A stretch of 64,000 nucleotides of DNA from Chrysomallon squamiferum. Lineage: Eukaryota; Animalia; Mollusca. A model generated the notes under the pieces. That model saw only the letters and a program-made list of their open reading frames with translations, did no database searches and was not told the DNA's origin. This document shows positions 57,429-62,779 of this stretch, in pieces. Positions within the stretch are counted from its first letter, which is position 1. Each line of letters starts with the position of its first letter. The stretch is from assembly GCA_012295275.1 (NCBI GenBank), contig CM022665.1, positions 48,360,001-48,424,000 of the forward strand. The letters are read 5' to 3'. The position numbers and the translations under genes were made by a program.

Positions 57429-60400
57429 TAATAATGATAATGTTATTTACAGCCTATTTTCTACCTATTGTCATTCATTAATTATTTTATGCATATACAT
57501 ACATACTTACACACATACTTACACACTTCTATATTATATTATTATTCTGAAAAAATTGTCCAGTTTCTTAAATGAATGACACTTTTTCTGTAAGTGTTTA
57601 AAAACATTATTGAAATTATCAAGCAGTCTATATTAACATAATTTTCTATTTGTTCATATAGAAAATAAAATTATTGTAGATGGTTAGTCTGTATTCATGT
57701 TTCATACTTTTACATATTATTTTACTACATTTTACATCTTTAGTTTATATGTATATAATTTTTTATTGCCTTTTTTCTTTTTTCTTTTTTTTTTAAATTT
57801 ATGTTTCATATTTTTATTGTATATTTCCTTTATAATTCTTTGTATTTTTATATATTTCATCTTTACTACAGTTATTTTTAATGTTTCATATTTTTATAAT
57901 ATATTTTATTTATATGAATATATTTTTTATATAGCATAGCAACTATTTCAGATTTAATATACTATATCAGATATATTTTATATATAACATAACAGCTATT
58001 TATAATACTATATAAGATATATCTTACATATAACATAATTATTTCATATTTACAATGCTATAACAGCTATTTCAGATTTATGATATTATATCAGATATAT
58101 TTCATAAATAACATAGCAGTTATTTCAGATTTTAAATACAATATTAGATATATTTTGTATTTAATATAAAAACTATTTCAAATTTATAATGCTATATATT
58201 TTAAATATAACAACTATTTCAGATTTACAATATTTTAAATATTTCAGAATGCTGCATATTTTAACTATCTCAGAATTCTGTGTATTTTAAATATTTCAGA
58301 TTTACTACACTGTACATTTTAACTTTTCAAATATTTCTATTTCAGATTTGTATTTGAACTATTTCAGAACACTTTTAAATATTTCAGAACACATTGTGTA
58401 TTTTTAACTATTTCAGAACACTGTGTATTTTTAACTATTTCAGAAAACTGTGTATTTTAAATATTTCAGAACACTGTGTATTTTAACTACACTGTATTTC
58501 ATTTTAAAATATTTCAGAACACATTGTATTTGAACACTGTGTATTTCAAATATTTCAGAACACATTGTATTTTTAACTATTTCAGAAAACTGTGTATTTT
58601 TAAATATTTCAGATTTAACTACAGAATGCTGTGTGTTTTTAAATATTTCAGAACGCTGTGTATTTTTAACTATTTCAGAACTCATTGAGTATTTTTAACT
58701 ATTTCAGAAAACTGTGTATTTTTAAATATTTCAGAACGCAGTGTTTATTTAACTATTTCAGAACGCTGTGTACATTTTAAATATTTAACTATTTCAGAAC
58801 GCTGTGTATTTTTAACTATTTCAGAACTCAGTGTATTTTTAACTATTTCAGAACGCTGTGTATTTTTAACTATTTCAGAACACATTATTTAACTATTTAA
58901 CTATTTTTAACTATTTCAGAACACTGTGTATTTCAAATATTTCAGAACACATTGAGTATTATTTAACTATTTCAGAACACTGTGTTATTTAACTATTTCA
59001 GAACACTGTGTATTTTAACTATTTCAGAACACTGTGTATTTAGTATTATTTAACTATTTCAGAACACTGTGTATTATTTAACTATTTCAGAACACTGTGT
59101 ATTATTTAACTATTTCAGAACGCTGTGTATTTTAACTATTTCAGAACGCTGTATATTTGAACTATTTCAGAACGCTGTGTTCAAACACCTGCTGCTGTCG
59201 CTGTGTTTCTTCCACGGAGTGAGCATTGAGAGGAGGAAGTTTGGCCCGCTGGGTTTTAACATCCCCTACGAGTTCACTGACGGAGACCTGAGAATCTGCG
59301 TCAGTCAGCTGAAGATGTTCCTCAACGAGTACAGCGACATCCCCTTCAAAGTAACAGCTTCCTTCTTCTTTGCTGCTGTCACAGACAGCTCTTCTTTTAG
59401 TTGTTCGAGTGATACATTTTAACTTGAATGTTATTTGTTATTCATGTGCTGAAATTTAGCTTCAGTATTATTTGTTATTCATGTGTTAGAATTTAGCTTC
59501 AGTATTATTTGTTATTCATGTGTTAGAATTTTGTTTCAATATTATTTGTTATTCATGTGTTAGAATTTAGTTTAACTATTATTTGATATTCAGCTGTTAA
59601 GTAAATATTGTTTAATTATTCAGCTTAAATAAATGTTATTTGTTATTCAGGTGTTAAGTAAAGATTGTTTAATTATTCAGCTTAAATAAATACTGTTTAT
59701 TATTCAGGTATTAAAATTCGACTTAAAATATGTTGTTAATTACTCAGGTGTTAAGTAAATGTTGTTAATTACTCAGGTGTTGAAGTACACTGCTGGACAC
59801 ATCAACTACGGCGGCCGCGTCACGGACGACTGGGATCGTCGCACGCTGATGAACATCCTCAACGACTTCTACTCGCCGGACGTCCTCAGTGACGAGCACG
59901 TTTACTCAGAGACTGGAATCTACCGCCAGATCAGCGCCTCACAAGACCATAATGTAAATATGTGATGCACCCCACCTGTGTTGTCATAGAGACGAAAACC
60001 TCCACCTTACTGACAGCACTAGTAACACTCTAGTCACTTTACTGTATAAATACTAACATACTAGTGTCTTTACTATATAAATAATTCTACTAGTCACTTT
60101 ACTATATAAATAATACTACTAACACTCTAGTCACTTTACTGTATAAATACTAACATACTAGTGTCTTTACTATATAAATAATTCTACTAGTCACTTTACT
60201 ATATAAATAATTCTAACTAGTCATTTTACTATATAAATAATTCTACTAGTCACTTTACTATATAAATAATACTACTAACACTAGTCACTTTACTATATAA
60301 ATAATACTACTAACACACTAGTGACTTTACTATATAAATACTACTACTAACACACTAGTCACTTTACTATATAAATAATTCTACTAGTCACTTTACTATA

Positions 60401-62387
60401 TAAATATCTACTAACACTCTAGTCACTTTACTATATAAATACTAACATACTAGTGTCTTTACTATATAAATAATTCTACTAGTCACTTTACTATATAAAT
60501 ACTACTACTAACACACTAGTCACTTTACTATATAAATACTACTACTAACACACTAGTCATTTAATATAAATAATACTACTAACACACTAGTCACTTTACT
60601 ATATAAATAATAATACTAACACAGTAGTCTCTTTACTATATAAATACTAACATACTAGTGTCTTTACTATATGAATATTACTATTAACAAACTAGTGAGT
60701 TTACTTGCTAAGTACAGTTAATATAAAATACAAAGTTGAAGGAGGACATTTTGAGCACCTGAGAGATTAAACCGTTTCTGTTTAATGCTTGAAACATGCT
60801 TATATTTTAAAACAAATTGTAATAACTGTAAACCTACTTTTGGGCCACCCTGTATAAATAAGACTACTAACAGACTAGTAACTTTACTATATAAATATTA
60901 CTACTAACAAACTAGTAACTTTACTATATAAATATTACTACTAATAAACTAGTAATTTATTATAAAATATTACTATTAACAAACTAGTAACTTTACTATG
61001 TTAGAAGTATAAAGTTTATATACCTTCCACATAAATATAACTAAATCTACTAGCAATGTAATAACTTTATTGTATAGTAAGTGTAAGATACTTAAATATG
61101 ACTAAAACAAGCAACACACTAGCAACTTTATTATATAACAGATATGAAGTTTATGTACTCATTAAATTCAGTATCAGAACATGATAAATTAAATTTTAAA
61201 TTGAATCTTGCACACTGGTTTTGCTTAGAAATAATTATTAGTTTTAAGAAAAGGTTAGATATTTTGTGTATCCTACAGCAGTGTAATATTAAATTTATAT
61301 TCACTGTGATGTGACACTGAGTAAAGACTGGAGTCTTCATGTTTCGTCTCTGGTGTATCACCTTTATTTCATGGTCTCTTTACTTCATTGTACTACTGTT
61401 GTTGTTGTTGTGTGTATTTGTGTGTGTACATGTGTGTGTGTGTGTGTGTGTGTATATAAGTGTGTGTGTGTATGTGTGTGTTTTGTGTTTTTTGATTTTT
61501 TGTATGTGTATCTGACTGTGAAGATATGTTTTTTTGTATGTATGTGTGTATAGAAGTCTGAGTGAACTGTTTTGTGTTTTCATTATCATATCAATGAATC
61601 CAGAAACAGATGTGCACACAGCATCAACAACAACAACATCCACTTGTTAAATGAAGTTTACAAACACTGTTTTTTTTACGTGTGACAGCAGTATGTTGTT
61701 TTTTTAAATAACAAACTGATGTTTTCAGTCTGTGTGTCATAACTTACATGTCAGTACTGAAAGTCAAACACAGACACACACACAGACTAACATGAACTGT
61801 GACACTTCATTTTATCTTTTTATTAATTATTATTTTAATAAAAACATATAATGAACTGTCACAGTAATATATATATATATATATATTATTATTATTACCT
61901 ATGAGGTTATTACTGAAATCTGTACTTTGAAGATACACCACTTACATCAGCAATATTTAAAAAAAAAAAAATAAAAAATAAAAATAAATTTTAATTTTTC
62001 AGTTAATGGATTCCACTGTTTGTTTGCAAACTGTTACATGACTGTAAATGAAAATAATTTATTATTAATCTGATTTACAATCGGTTAAAAAAAACACCAT
62101 ATGTAACAGCTGAAAAAGTATAAATGTGATTTATTAAATAAATATTATAATTGATTAGTGTAAATGTGTGTTGATTAATTTCAAGTCTCTGTGTGTGGTG
62201 GTGTATACAAAATGTTTTATTCTGGTCGTGGTTTTGTTGGTTAATGTTAGACTGTTGTCTGTCTGTGTGTGTAATTGTGTTTAATGTGCTCAGTGAATTT
62301 ACTGTTATTTTATTTATATTTTATTTTTATTTTTTTGTTGTTTAAATGTTTTCTGTTACTGTTATTATTATTAAATTTTTATTACTA

Positions 62388-62443
<56 letters not shown>

Positions 62444-62574
62444 TTTTATGCTTAATTTTATTTATATTTTATTTTATTTTTTTTACAATTTTAATTTCAA
62501 TCTTTTTCAATTTAATTTTAACTTTTTTATTTTTTTTTTATTATTGTTACTATTATTTTATTTTATCTGTTTAC

Positions 62575-62611
<37 letters not shown>

Positions 62612-62746
62612 ATTATTGTTATCATTATTATTACTATTATTATTACTATTATTATTATTATTATTATTATTAATGTTATTTTTGTTATTGTTATTGTTAT
62701 TGTTATTGTTATTATTATTATTATTATTAAATATTATTATTATTAC

Positions 62747-62779
<33 letters not shown>

